The notes under the pieces were generated by a model. That model was not told where the DNA came from. It searched no databases and was given only the letters and a program-made list of their open reading frames with translations. Source: Gammaproteobacteria bacterium (GTDB lineage: Bacteria > Pseudomonadota > Gammaproteobacteria > Steroidobacterales > PWYM01). Taken from it: DNA of 58,683 bases. The DNA lies in contig SKYU01000015.1 in the NCBI GenBank assembly GCA_007127715.1, positions 1 to 58,683 on the forward strand, written 5' to 3'. Positions 30,214-43,027 of the stretch are shown here, in pieces. Both the position numbers and the translations under genes were made by a program. Every line of letters starts with the position of its first letter. The first letter of the stretch is position 1.

Positions 30214-31291
30214 GGCCGCGACGCTCCGGGGTCAGCGCCCCAAGCAGCCGGTCGTTCTGCTCCGGCGTGCCGATACTGATCCGCAGACAGCCGGGTGGCA
30301 GGTCCGGATCGGCCGAGAAGTCACGAATCAGGATGCCGCGGGCGCGGGCGGCGGCGACCAGCTGCCCTGGCGCATCGGTCTCGATCAGCAGGAAATTGGC
30401 CTCCGACGGATGGACCCGCCGGATCTGCGGCATGCCCTCCAGGGCCTCGGCCACGCGTGCACGCTCCCGGCGCAGGCCCTCGATACGTTCGCGCATCAAG
30501 GCGACGGTATCGCCCTCCAGGCTCGCCAGCGCGGCCTCCAGGGACGGGGTCGGCAGGCCATAGGGGGGAAGCATACGGGTCAGCAGTTCGACCACGGCCG
30601 GGGCTGCCAGCAGGCTGCCGCAGCGGGCACCTGCCAGGCCGTGGGCCTTGCTCAGCGTCCGGAGCACCACCAGGTGCGGATGCCGCTCGCGAAGCTCGAG
30701 CAGGCTGCCGCTGGCGACGAAGTCGACGTAGGCCTCGTCCAGCACCACCAGACCGCGCTCCGCCATGGCCACGCAGACCCGCTCGACGGCGTCGCGGTCG
30801 AGGACATTGCCGGTCGGATTGTTGGGCGAGCACAGGAACACGAGTTTCACGGGACCGTTGTTCGCCGCCGCGATCACCCCGGCGTCATCCAGCGCGAAGC
30901 CGTGCTCCCGCTGCAGCGGAACCCGGCGCACTCCGGCACCCTGGATGGCGGCATAGACCTGGTACATGCCGAAGGTCGGCGGGCAGATCAGGATGTCGTC
31001 CTGGCCCGGTACGCAGAATCCGCGTACCAGCAGGTCGATCGCCTCGCTGCTGCCGCGGGTGATCAGCAGGCTGTCGGGGGTCACGCCATAATGACTCGCC
31101 AGGCGTTCGGTCAGCGCCAAGGGACGGGGCGGCGGGTAGATGTTGAGGCCACGCTCGGAATCGTCGTTGGGTGCCCGCCACGGGGCCTCGTTGGCATTGA
31201 GCCGCACACAGTCAGGTTCATAGCCTGCTGGACGATAGGCCTCCAGCCGACGCAGTTCGGGTCGTGCCAGGGCGAGAAAATCGATCGTCAT
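30206..31291 (-). CDS. hisC: Histidinol-phosphate aminotransferase
   Basis: RLNANEAP, RGSSEAID, PPTFGMY, CSPNNPTG, DEAY, LRTLSKAHGLAGARCG. Confidence 0.96.
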   Translation of the reverse strand: MTIDFLALARPELRRLEAYRPAGYEPDCVRLNANEAPWRAPNDDSERGLNIYPPPRPLALTERLASHYGVTPDSLLITRGSSEAIDLLVRGFCVPGQDDILICPPTFGMYQVYAAIQGAGVRRVPLQREHGFALDDAGVIAAANNGPVKLVFLCSPNNPTGNVLDRDAVERVCVAMAERGLVVLDEAYVDFVASGSLLELRERHPHLVVLRTLSKAHGLAGARCGSLLAAPAVVELLTRMLPPYGLPTPSLEAALASLEGDTVALMRERIEGLRRERARVAEALEGMPQIRRVHPSEANFLLIETDAPGQLVAAARARGILIRDFSADPDLPPGCLRISIGTPEQNDRLLGALTPERRGHG

Positions 31292-32601
31292 GCCACGGTC
31301 CGTCGGCGCAGGGCGTCCAGGCGCAGGCTGATGGCCTCACCGTGGGCATCGAGGCCTTCAAGCTCGGCCAGACGACGGCCCACCGGGCCGATGTCCGTCA
31401 GGCCGTCCGGGGTGAGCTCCTGGACCGTCATCTGACGCAGGAACGCCGTCAGCGAGAGTCCGCTGTAGGTTCTCGCGAACCCGTAGGTCGGCAGTACGTG
31501 ATTGGTGCCGCTGCAGTAGTCACCGATCGATTCGGGCGTCCACGGCCCGAGGAACACCGAGCCGGCATGGCTGATCGAATCCAGCCAGCGGCGCGGCTGA
31601 TCGACCTGGACAATGAGGTGCTCGGGGGCATAGCGGTTGCTCACCTCGAGCGCCTCGGCCACCGAGTCGACCACGATCAGTGCACTGTGCTCCAGGGCCT
31701 TGCCGGCGGTGTCGCGCCTGCCCAGTCTCGCGAGCTGTCGTGTCACCTCGGCGGCCACCCGCTCGGCGATGGCGGCGCTCGTGGCCACCAGGATCACCTG
31801 GGAGTCCGGGCCATGTTCGGCCTGCGAGAGCAGATCGGAGGCCACGAAGGCCGGGTCGGCGGTGTGGTCTGCGATGACCAGCACCTCGGAGGGCCCCGCC
31901 GGCATGTCCAGGGCGGCGCCGCGGGGGTCTTCCGCCACCGCTGTCTTGGCTGCGGTCACCCACGCATTTCCTGGGCCGAAGATCTTGTCAACCTTGGGGA
32001 CGGTTTCGGTCCCGAAGGCCATGGCGGCAACCGCCTGTGCGCCGCCGACCTTGAATACCTGCTCCACGCCGCAGCGCCGCGCCACGGCCAGCACCGCCGG
32101 ATCGGCGCGCCCCTCCCGGTCCGGTGGCGTGCAGATGATCCGCACCGGGCAGCCCGCCAGTCCGGCGGGCACAGCCAGCATGATGGCGGTGGAGGGCAGT
32201 GGCGCACTGCCGGCGGGCACGTACAGGCCGACGGCGGCGAGCGGCCGGTTGACGCGCTGGCAGCGCACGCCAGGCGAGGTTTCAAGGTCGATCTCGGCCG
32301 GATGCTGCGCAGCATGGAACTTGCGCACGTTGTCGATCGCGCGGTCGATGGCCGCCAGCGCATCGGCCGGCAGACGCGACTCCGCGGCCGAGAGCTCGGC
32401 ATCCTCAACCCGTAACCCCTGCAGCTCGACCCGGTCGAAACGGGCGGTGAACTCCAGAAGTGCCGCGTCGCCGCGCTCACGCACCTCGGAAATGATCGTA
32501 TCGACCTGCCGGCGCAGTTCGCCGGAGATGCGGTTGGCCGGACGCTCGAGCAGCGCATCGCGCGCCTGCTCGGACAACCGGTTCCAGTGAGTGATCTTCA
32601 T
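31288..32601 (-). CDS. hisD: Histidinol dehydrogenase
   Basis: VGLYVPAG, GGAQAVAAMAFG, IFGPGN, DMPAGPSE, DLLSQAEH, YAPEHL, GDYCSGTNHVLPT. Confidence 0.97.
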   Translation of the reverse strand: MKITHWNRLSEQARDALLERPANRISGELRRQVDTIISEVRERGDAALLEFTARFDRVELQGLRVEDAELSAAESRLPADALAAIDRAIDNVRKFHAAQHPAEIDLETSPGVRCQRVNRPLAAVGLYVPAGSAPLPSTAIMLAVPAGLAGCPVRIICTPPDREGRADPAVLAVARRCGVEQVFKVGGAQAVAAMAFGTETVPKVDKIFGPGNAWVTAAKTAVAEDPRGAALDMPAGPSEVLVIADHTADPAFVASDLLSQAEHGPDSQVILVATSAAIAERVAAEVTRQLARLGRRDTAGKALEHSALIVVDSVAEALEVSNRYAPEHLIVQVDQPRRWLDSISHAGSVFLGPWTPESIGDYCSGTNHVLPTYGFARTYSGLSLTAFLRQMTVQELTPDGLTDIGPVGRRLAELEGLDAHGEAISLRLDALRRRTVA

Positions 32602-32608
32602 GGTGACC

Positions 32609-33514
32609 TCAGTAGAGCATTTTCTCGACCGGCAACACGAGCATGGAGCTGGCGCCGGCCTGCTTGAGCTCCTCCAGTGTTTCCCAGAAGACATTTTCGC
32701 GGCACACGGCATGGATGGCCACCTTGTCCTCGCGTCCCTCAAGTGGCATGACGGTGGGGGCCTCGGAGCCGGGCAGCAGCCGCGTGATCTCGGCGAGCGC
32801 GGCACGCGGTGCATGCAGCATGATGTATTTGCTCTCGCTGACCTGGATGACACCATCGATCCGCTTCTTGAGACGCTCCATCCATTCGGCCTTTCCGGCC
32901 GGGACTGTTTTGGGCGTCTGGATGAGCGATGACACGCTGTCCAGGATGGTGTCCTCCTCGCGCAGGTGGTTGGCCCGGAGCGTCCCGCCCGTCGAGACCA
33001 GGTCGCAGATGACGTCGGCCCGGCCGAGTTTGGGGGCGATTTCCACGGCACCGGAGAATTCCACCACGCTGGCCTCAAGCCCCTGCCGGCGCAGGAACTC
33101 GCCGACGATATGCGGATAGCTGGTGGCGATGCGCCGGCCGGCGAGATCCGCAGGGCCCTGCCAGGGCATGTCCTCGGGCACCGCGAAGGACAGGCGACAG
33201 TGGCCGAAATCGAGTTTGCGCACAATGGTGAAAGGTGCCGTGTCCCCGGCGGCCGCAAAAGCCAGCCGTTTCTCCTCCAGCACGTTGGCACCGACAATGC
33301 CGAGATCGCAGACGTCGTCCCGCACCAGCCCCGGAATATCGTCGTCACGCACCAGCAGGACGTCGATCGGCAGGTTCTCGCCATAGCAGATCAACTGATC
33401 GCGGCCCTTGCTGTACTTCAGACCGCAGCGTGCGAGCAGGTCCAGAGAGTGCTCGGTCAGCCGCCCGGATTTCTGTACGGCGATCTTGATGCGGTCGGGA
33501 TTCTGTGGGCTCAT
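32609..33514 (-). CDS. hisG: ATP phosphoribosyltransferase, long form
   Basis: IAVQKSGRL, VRDDDIP, DLGIVG, RIATSYP, GAVEIAP, DLVSTGGTL, plus C-terminal regulatory domain. Confidence 0.97.
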   Translation of the reverse strand: MSPQNPDRIKIAVQKSGRLTEHSLDLLARCGLKYSKGRDQLICYGENLPIDVLLVRDDDIPGLVRDDVCDLGIVGANVLEEKRLAFAAAGDTAPFTIVRKLDFGHCRLSFAVPEDMPWQGPADLAGRRIATSYPHIVGEFLRRQGLEASVVEFSGAVEIAPKLGRADVICDLVSTGGTLRANHLREEDTILDSVSSLIQTPKTVPAGKAEWMERLKKRIDGVIQVSESKYIMLHAPRAALAEITRLLPGSEAPTVMPLEGREDKVAIHAVCRENVFWETLEELKQAGASSMLVLPVEKMLY

Positions 33515-33840
33515 GAGGCGGCATCTTCCTTGGGGCGTTCTGGCAGGCGGGACAGGGCGAGGGCATAGCCTCCGTTCCCGTCGGCGAGGAAACGGGCGAT
33601 CCGGCCGATGGTGGTGACGCTGACGCCGGTCTCGACACTGATTTTCCGATAGGGCCGGCCTGCGGCCAGCAGTGGCACGACCGACCAGCGGTCGGCCATG
33701 GCCTGGAGTTCGGCCGGAGTCAGCAGATCACGGAAGAAACGTCGGCATTCTCCGGCGTCGCGCAGCTGGAGAATGGCTTCGTAGAGGGCCTGCTCGGCGG
33801 CGGCGTCCTGCGCCGGTGTGGTGGTGCGGCGGTCCTTCAT
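33511..33840 (-). CDS. TrpR-like (YerC/YecD, HisR-type) repressor heading the his operon
   Basis: FFRDLLTPAELQAMADRW..PYRKISVETGVSVTTIGRIARFL..GNGGY; ATGA overlap with hisG. Confidence 0.9.
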   Translation of the reverse strand: MKDRRTTTPAQDAAAEQALYEAILQLRDAGECRRFFRDLLTPAELQAMADRWSVVPLLAAGRPYRKISVETGVSVTTIGRIARFLADGNGGYALALSRLPERPKEDAAS

Positions 33841-33859
33841 CGTTCCGAGGCTGTGTTAA

Positions 33860-33879
33860 TGTATTATCACGTTAATACA
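33860..33879. promoter_or_regulatory. Candidate operator for the TrpR-like repressor
   Basis: TGTATTA-TCACGT-TAATACA, perfect 7-6-7 inverted repeat 19 bp upstream of the repressor ATG, overlapping the predicted -10. Confidence 0.72.
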
Positions 33880-33897
33880 ATTTGCCGCGTTGCACAA
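33869..33897 (-). promoter_or_regulatory. Putative sigma70 promoter of the his operon
   Basis: Minus strand TTGTGC-17bp-TAACGT. Confidence 0.5.
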
Positions 33898-33921
33898 GGG
33901 GGGTGTACCGCGGGTGCGGCC

Positions 33922-33951
33922 TTGACGCTCCGGTCACAGGCACCATAGACT
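33922..33951 (+). promoter_or_regulatory. Putative sigma70 promoter of the SAM riboswitch/met operon
   Basis: TTGACG-18bp-TAGACT; predicted start about 33958, immediately before riboswitch P1. Confidence 0.6.
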
Positions 33952-33959
33952 CGCCGGCG

Positions 33960-34078
33960 CTCATCGAGACCGGCTGAGGGACAGGCCCAGCGACGCCGGG
34001 GCAACCATCGGGCCTCACCAGCCTGACAAGGTGCCAACTCCTGCGCAGGCGGCCACAAGGCCGACGGCGACAGATGAG
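33960..34078 (+). ncRNA. SAM-I (S-box) riboswitch
   Basis: P1 CTCATC/GATGAG; P2 kink-turn CCGGCTGAGGGACAGGCCCAGCGACGCCGG; GGCAACC; AAGGTGCCAACTCC; upstream of met biosynthesis genes. Confidence 0.93.
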
Positions 34079-34218
34079 GGTCGAGCGGCGACCGGCTGAC
34101 GCAGGCCGGGCAGGCGCGTGACATCCTCCCGGCCGACAGTTCCCGCCGGACGCTTCGATGAGCAGGCGCCGCCCCCTGGGGTGCGGACAGACACAGGCTC
34201 GCTGGAGCGTCACAACAC

Positions 34219-37849
<3,631 letters not shown>

Positions 37850-37856
37850 CCGGCGT

Positions 37857-38753
37857 TCAGGCCACGAGGGCGCGATCGCGCCCCTGGGTTTTCGCCAGGT
37901 AGAGGGCGCGGTCCGCGCGGGTCAGCAGCCGTGCGGCATCCACGTCACGCTCATCGGCCGCCGGCCAGGCGGCGATGCCCATGCTGGCGGTGATCGGGAA
38001 GCCGAGCGCGCACTCGGCTTCCCGGCGCAGCGATGCTGCGATCCGTTGTGCCGCCTGCCTCGCGCCCTCCACGTCGGTGTCCGGCAGAACGAGCACGAAT
38101 TCCTCGCCACCGTAGCGGAACGCCAGGTCGGAGCGGCGCAGGCCGCGTCGCAGCACCTCACCGAGCAGCGCGAGCGCCTGGTCTCCAAGGCCGTGACCGT
38201 AGGTGTCGTTGATCGCCTTGAAATGATCGATATCCAGCATCAGGACGGCCAGCGGCGTACCCTCGCGTTCGGCCAGCGCCAGCTCGCGCGGGAGCATTCT
38301 CTCCAGCGCTGCGCGATTGAACAGGCCGGTCAGGGCGTCTTCCTGCGCATGACGTCGCAGCTGCTCGCAACACAACGCGTTGTGAACCGGCTGGGCGAGC
38401 AGGGCGCTTGCCTCGCGTAGCACGGCGAGTTCGCCCGGTGACAGCGGCAGGCAGGTGTGGACCTTGAGCACTGCGACCTCGACGCCGCGGGTGACCAGCG
38501 GCCAGGTACTGACATGCAGGCCACCATCGCCGGTCTGGGCCGTGCCCTCGGCGTGGACCAGGCTCAACCCCTCGAGGGGAAGGTACCGGGCCAGGCAGCG
38601 CGAAAAGATGGACAGCAGTTCACCGGGATCCAGCGACTGCTGCAACGCGCACACCAGCGTGAACGGGTCGAACGGGGCCGCGGGCAGACGGCTCTGCCAG
38701 CCTGGCTGAAGGGGCGCACCTGTGGTGCGGATCAGGACGTCGGCGACGGTCAT
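37857..38753 (-). CDS. Diguanylate cyclase (GGDEF domain)
   Basis: DALTGLFNR, DIDHFKAINDTYGH, RYGGEEF with intact RxxD I-site (RRSD), SMGIA, ADRALYLAK. Confidence 0.93.
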   Translation of the reverse strand: MTVADVLIRTTGAPLQPGWQSRLPAAPFDPFTLVCALQQSLDPGELLSIFSRCLARYLPLEGLSLVHAEGTAQTGDGGLHVSTWPLVTRGVEVAVLKVHTCLPLSPGELAVLREASALLAQPVHNALCCEQLRRHAQEDALTGLFNRAALERMLPRELALAEREGTPLAVLMLDIDHFKAINDTYGHGLGDQALALLGEVLRRGLRRSDLAFRYGGEEFVLVLPDTDVEGARQAAQRIAASLRREAECALGFPITASMGIAAWPAADERDVDAARLLTRADRALYLAKTQGRDRALVA

Positions 38754-38784
38754 ACAGGGGCCTCCGTGAATTCACGGAGTACAA

Positions 38785-38800
38785 AGCAATGTTCATGCCA
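38785..38800 (-). promoter_or_regulatory. sigma54 (-24/-12) promoter of the GGDEF gene
   Basis: Minus strand TGGCATG-AACA-TTGCT versus consensus TGGCACG-N4-TTGCW; correct GG-N10-GC spacing. Confidence 0.72.
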
Positions 38801-38909
38801 ACTTGGCGTCAAGTGGGCGAGTCTGGTTCAACTGACTGTTTTTTTTGGTAAAGTGCAGGCGGGCATTCAGCCCGGGTGCCGATGGTGTCGACATCATGGC
38901 GCTACCGGG

Positions 38910-38945
38910 GCGACGCGGGCGGCAAGCGGATGCCGTCCGCGTCGC
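38910..38945 (-). terminator. Long GC hairpin just downstream of leuB
   Basis: GCGACGCGGGCGGCA-AGCGGA-TGCCGTCCGCGTCGC, 15-bp stem with one imperfect pair; no adjacent U-tract. Confidence 0.45.
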
Positions 38946-38959
38946 CGCTTCGCCGACCG

Positions 38960-40015
38960 TCAAAGCCTGGCGAGCACCGCGTCGCCGAACGCGCGCGTCC
39001 CGACGCTCTCGCCGCCGCGGGCGAGGTCTGCCGTGCGCAGACCGGCATCGAGCACTGCCGAGACAGCCGCCTCGATCTCGCGGGCCGCAGGCTCGCAGTC
39101 CAGTGAATGGCGCATCAGCAGGGCCGCGCTCAGCAGCGTCGCGCAGGGGTTGGCAATGCCCTGGCCGGCGATATCCGGCGCCGATCCGTGAATCGGCTCG
39201 TACAGACCGCGTCCATCCTCGCCAAGCGAGGCCGAGGGCAGCAGCCCCATCGACCCAGCCAGCATGGAGGCCTCGTCGGTGAGGATGTCCCCGAACATGT
39301 TCTCGGTCACGATCACGTCGAAGCTCGCCGGCCGGCTCAGCAGGTGCATGGCCGCAGCATCGACCAGCATATGCTCCAGGGTCAGCTCCGGAAACTCTTC
39401 CGCGACCACGCGCGTGGTCACCTCGCGCCACAGGCGGGAGGTCTCGAGCACATTGGCCTTGTCTACCGAGACGAGCCTGCGCTGGCGCGTCTGTGCGAGC
39501 CGGCCCGCCATCCGGACGATGCGCTCGATTTCCTCGACGGCGTATCGGCATTCGTCGGTGGCTACGGATTCGCTGCGGGTCTTGCGGCCGAAGTAGATTC
39601 CGCCAGTAAGCTCCCTCACCACCATGATGTCCACGTCGGCAAGCAGTTCCGGGCGCAGCGGCGAGGCGGCCAGCAGCGCCGGGTGCGGCCTGACCGGGCG
39701 CAGGTTGGCATACACGCCGAGCGTCGCCCGAAGATCAAGCAGGCCCTGCTCCGGGCGCTGTGCCGCGCCGGGGTCCGACCACTTCGGACCGCCCACCGCG
39801 CCCAGCAGCACGGCCGCCGCCCGAGCGCACAGCTCGGCCGTCTCTGCCGGCAGCGGAGGGTGGCCGGCATCGATCGCGGCGCCGCCGATCAGGGCTTCCT
39901 CGAAGGTGAGCTCGAGCCCGTGGCGTTCGCCCACCACCTCGAGTACGCGTTGTGCCTCGCGGGTGACTTCCGGGCCGATCCCGTCACCGGGCAGGACGGC
40001 AATCAGGGCTGCCAT
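38960..40015 (-). CDS. leuB: 3-isopropylmalate dehydrogenase
   Basis: [65 protein letters not shown]. Confidence 0.97.
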   Translation of the reverse strand: MAALIAVLPGDGIGPEVTREAQRVLEVVGERHGLELTFEEALIGGAAIDAGHPPLPAETAELCARAAAVLLGAVGGPKWSDPGAAQRPEQGLLDLRATLGVYANLRPVRPHPALLAASPLRPELLADVDIMVVRELTGGIYFGRKTRSESVATDECRYAVEEIERIVRMAGRLAQTRQRRLVSVDKANVLETSRLWREVTTRVVAEEFPELTLEHMLVDAAAMHLLSRPASFDVIVTENMFGDILTDEASMLAGSMGLLPSASLGEDGRGLYEPIHGSAPDIAGQGIANPCATLLSAALLMRHSLDCEPAAREIEAAVSAVLDAGLRTADLARGGESVGTRAFGDAVLARL

Positions 40016-40587
40016 GGACGATTCCGTTCGAAGTTGCGAATCTGCTCTTCCTGCTGCAGCAGGAACCCAAGCTGGTCGATGCCATTCATCAGGCAGTAGC
40101 GGGAGAAGCCGTCGATCGCGAACTCGACCTCATGGCCGTTCGGCAGACCGACGCGGCATTCACCGAGATCGATCGAGACTTCCGCCCCGGGGTTCGCCAG
40201 CAGCCAGGCGTGGGTGTCGCGGTCCACCACCACCGGCAGCAGCCCGTTTTTCAGAGAATTGCTGCGGAAGATATCGGCGATTTCGGTGCTGATCACCGCG
40301 CGGATGCCGTAATCGTAGAGCGCCCATGGCGCGTGTTCACGCGAGGAGCCGCAGCCGAAGTTGTTGCCGGCCACCAGTACGGCGCAGCCCTGTGCTTCGG
40401 GTTGGTTGAGTTCGAAGTCAGGGCGCGGCTGGCCTTTTTCGTCGTAGCGCCAGTCGGCGAACGCCGCGTCGCCCAGGCCTTCTCGGGTGGTGGTGGTCAG
40501 GTAACGCGCAGGAATGATCTGGTCGGTGTCGATATCGTCGTACGGCAGAACGACCGTGCGCGAGCGGATGACGCTGATGGGTTCCAT
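40003..40587 (-). CDS. leuD: 3-isopropylmalate dehydratase small subunit
   Basis: [32 protein letters not shown]; ATG at 40587. Confidence 0.96.
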   Translation of the reverse strand: MEPISVIRSRTVVLPYDDIDTDQIIPARYLTTTTREGLGDAAFADWRYDEKGQPRPDFELNQPEAQGCAVLVAGNNFGCGSSREHAPWALYDYGIRAVISTEIADIFRSNSLKNGLLPVVVDRDTHAWLLANPGAEVSIDLGECRVGLPNGHEVEFAIDGFSRYCLMNGIDQLGFLLQQEEQIRNFERNRPWQP

Positions 40588-40598
40588 GGCAGGCTCCG

Positions 40599-42005
40599 TC
40601 AGTTCGCGAGATAGGGGCGGGGATCGGCGACGCTGCCGGCAATCGCGCTGGCGGCGGCGGTGACCGGGCTGGCCAGCACCGTTCGGGCACCCTGGCCCTG
40701 ACGTCCCTCGAAGTTGCGGTTGCTGGTGCTGACGGCCAACTGCCCTGAGGGCACCGTGTCGCCGTTCATGCCGAGGCACATCGAGCAGCCGGACTCCCGC
40801 CACTCGGCACCCGCTTCTGTGAACACCCTGTCCAGTCCCCGGGCTTCCGCCGCTTTCTTGACCTGTTGCGAGCCCGGCACCACCAGCATGCGTACCCCCT
40901 CTGCCACCCGTCGGCCACGCAGCACCGAAGCCGCCTGCTCGAGGTCCGACAGCCGGGAATTCGTGCAGCTGCCGATGAACACGACATCCACCGGATGTCC
41001 GGCGAGCGGTCGCCCGGCGGTCACGCCCATGTAGTCGAGCGCCTTGCGGAAATTCGGATCGCTGCGCTCGGGGACGGCCTCGTCGATGGCGACCACCATG
41101 CCCGGGTTGGTGCCGAAGGTGACCATGGGGCGCAGGGCCGAGACGTCAACGGTCACCTCACGATCGAAGCGGGCACCCGGGTCGGAAGGCAGGGCGCGCC
41201 AGCGCGCGACGGCCTCGTCCCAGGCGGCCCCCTGCGGGACCATGGGTCGGCCGGCGAGATACTCGATCGTGGTGTCGTCGGGGGCGATCATGCCGGCACG
41301 CGCCCCGGCCTCGATCGACATGTTGCAGATGGTCATCCGCTGCTCCATGTCCAGGCCGGCGATGGCGCTGCCGCGATACTCGAGCACGTGGCCGACGCCG
41401 CCACCCACCCCGATCTGACCGATCAGCGCGAGGATCATGTCCTTGGCGGTGACCCCATCGCCGAGTTGACCCTCGAAATTGACCGCAAATGTCTTCGGTC
41501 GGCGCTGCAGCAGGCACTGGGTGGCCATGACGTGACCGACCTCGGTCGTGCCGATCCCGAACGCCAGTGCGCCGAACGCGCCGTGCGTCGAGGTATGGCT
41601 GTCTCCGCAGACAATGGTCTTGCCTGGCTGGGTGGCTCCGAGTTCCGGCCCGATGACGTGTACGATGCCGCGATGCTCGCTGTCGAAACCGTGCAGGGTC
41701 ACGTTGAACTCTGCGCAGTTCTTCTCGAACTGCACGATCTGGCTCGCGGCCTTGGGTTCGGCGACGACCTGGAGATCGCGAAAGCTTCGCACCGGCAGGG
41801 TGGGCGTGGAGTGGTCCATCGTCGCCAGCGTGAGGTCGGTACGTCGCAGCGGCAGGCCGCGCTCGCGCAGCACGGAAAACGCCTGTGGGCTGGTGACCTC
41901 GTGGGTGAGGTGCAGGTCGATGTACAGCACCGCCGGGTGATCGGCGGACTCCGGCACGACCACATGATCGTCCCACACTTTCTCGAACAGCGATTTGGCG
42001 CTCAT
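40599..42005 (-). CDS. leuC: 3-isopropylmalate dehydratase large subunit
   Basis: [61 protein letters not shown]. Confidence 0.97.
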   Translation of the reverse strand: MSAKSLFEKVWDDHVVVPESADHPAVLYIDLHLTHEVTSPQAFSVLRERGLPLRRTDLTLATMDHSTPTLPVRSFRDLQVVAEPKAASQIVQFEKNCAEFNVTLHGFDSEHRGIVHVIGPELGATQPGKTIVCGDSHTSTHGAFGALAFGIGTTEVGHVMATQCLLQRRPKTFAVNFEGQLGDGVTAKDMILALIGQIGVGGGVGHVLEYRGSAIAGLDMEQRMTICNMSIEAGARAGMIAPDDTTIEYLAGRPMVPQGAAWDEAVARWRALPSDPGARFDREVTVDVSALRPMVTFGTNPGMVVAIDEAVPERSDPNFRKALDYMGVTAGRPLAGHPVDVVFIGSCTNSRLSDLEQAASVLRGRRVAEGVRMLVVPGSQQVKKAAEARGLDRVFTEAGAEWRESGCSMCLGMNGDTVPSGQLAVSTSNRNFEGRQGQGARTVLASPVTAAASAIAGSVADPRPYLAN

Positions 42006-42056
42006 GGCACTCCCGTCTTGTATGTCATCCGGACCGGGCGCTGACCCGGTCATGTG

Positions 42057-43001
42057 TCAGGCTGTCGTGGTGTCGTCGACCGGTTCGAGCCAGCCCCAGC
42101 GGTCGGGGGTCGAGCCGTCGAACAGCCCGAAGAACCGTGACTGCAGCATCTCGGTGATGGGTCCCCGGCGACCGGGGCCCACCTCCAGGCGATCGACCGA
42201 GCGCACGGGCGTGATCTCAGCCGCCGTGCCGGTCAGGAATATTTCGTCGGCGAGATAGAGCATCTCGCGGGGGATTTCCTTCTCCATGACCTCGAGTCCC
42301 GCTTCGCGCGCCAGCGTGATGATGGTGTCCCGGGTGATCCCCGTGAGGATGGAGTCGGTCGCCGTGGGGGTGTAGATGCGACCGTTCTTGACGACGAACA
42401 CGTTTTCACCGGCCCCCTCGCTGACCGTGCCACGCGTGGTCAGCGCGATGCCCTCGGCGAAGCCCAGCCGCCTCGCTTCCATGCTGATGAGTTGGCTGGA
42501 CAGGTAATTGCCTCCGGCCTTGGCCAGCGCCGGCACGGTGTTGGGGGCCACCCGCTGCCAGGAGGAAATGCAAACGTCCACGCCGTTCTCCATCCCCTCG
42601 GCTCCGAGGTAGGCGCCCCATTCCCATGCCGCGATCGCCGTGTCGACACGGTGGTCGGCCTTGGCCGCCAGACCGATCTCCCCGTAGCCCCGGAACGCGA
42701 TCGGGCGGATGTAGGCCCCGTTGTCGAGTGCGTTGTCGCGGATCACCTGCTTGCAGGCGGCGGCCAGCGTGGCGACATCGTAGGGAATGGCGAAACGGTA
42801 GATCCTGGCCGAATCGTGCAGGCGCTCGAGGTGCTCGGTCAGGCGGAAAATGCGGCTGCCCTGAGGGCTGCGATAGACCCGGATCCCCTCGAACACCGAA
42901 GAGCCGTAGTGCAGGGCGTGCGAGAGAACGTGGACATTGGCCTCCTCCCATGGGACGAGTTTGCCGTTGAACCAGATAAAGCGACTCGCTTGAATGGGCA
43001 T
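42057..43001 (-). CDS. ilvE: Branched-chain amino acid aminotransferase
   Basis: HALHYGSSVFEGIR, YIRP, AKAGGNY, EGAGEN, ILTGITR, LTGTAAEITP. Confidence 0.95.
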   Translation of the reverse strand: MPIQASRFIWFNGKLVPWEEANVHVLSHALHYGSSVFEGIRVYRSPQGSRIFRLTEHLERLHDSARIYRFAIPYDVATLAAACKQVIRDNALDNGAYIRPIAFRGYGEIGLAAKADHRVDTAIAAWEWGAYLGAEGMENGVDVCISSWQRVAPNTVPALAKAGGNYLSSQLISMEARRLGFAEGIALTTRGTVSEGAGENVFVVKNGRIYTPTATDSILTGITRDTIITLAREAGLEVMEKEIPREMLYLADEIFLTGTAAEITPVRSVDRLEVGPGRRGPITEMLQSRFFGLFDGSTPDRWGWLEPVDDTTTA

Positions 43002-43027
43002 GAGGCGTCCCTTGTCATCGTTGGTAT

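Noticed and set aside
31288-33384. 698-aa ORF suggesting a HisG-HisD fusion
   Set aside because: The upstream part is an off-frame read of hisG; hisG has its own stop at 32609-32611 and hisD starts at 32601
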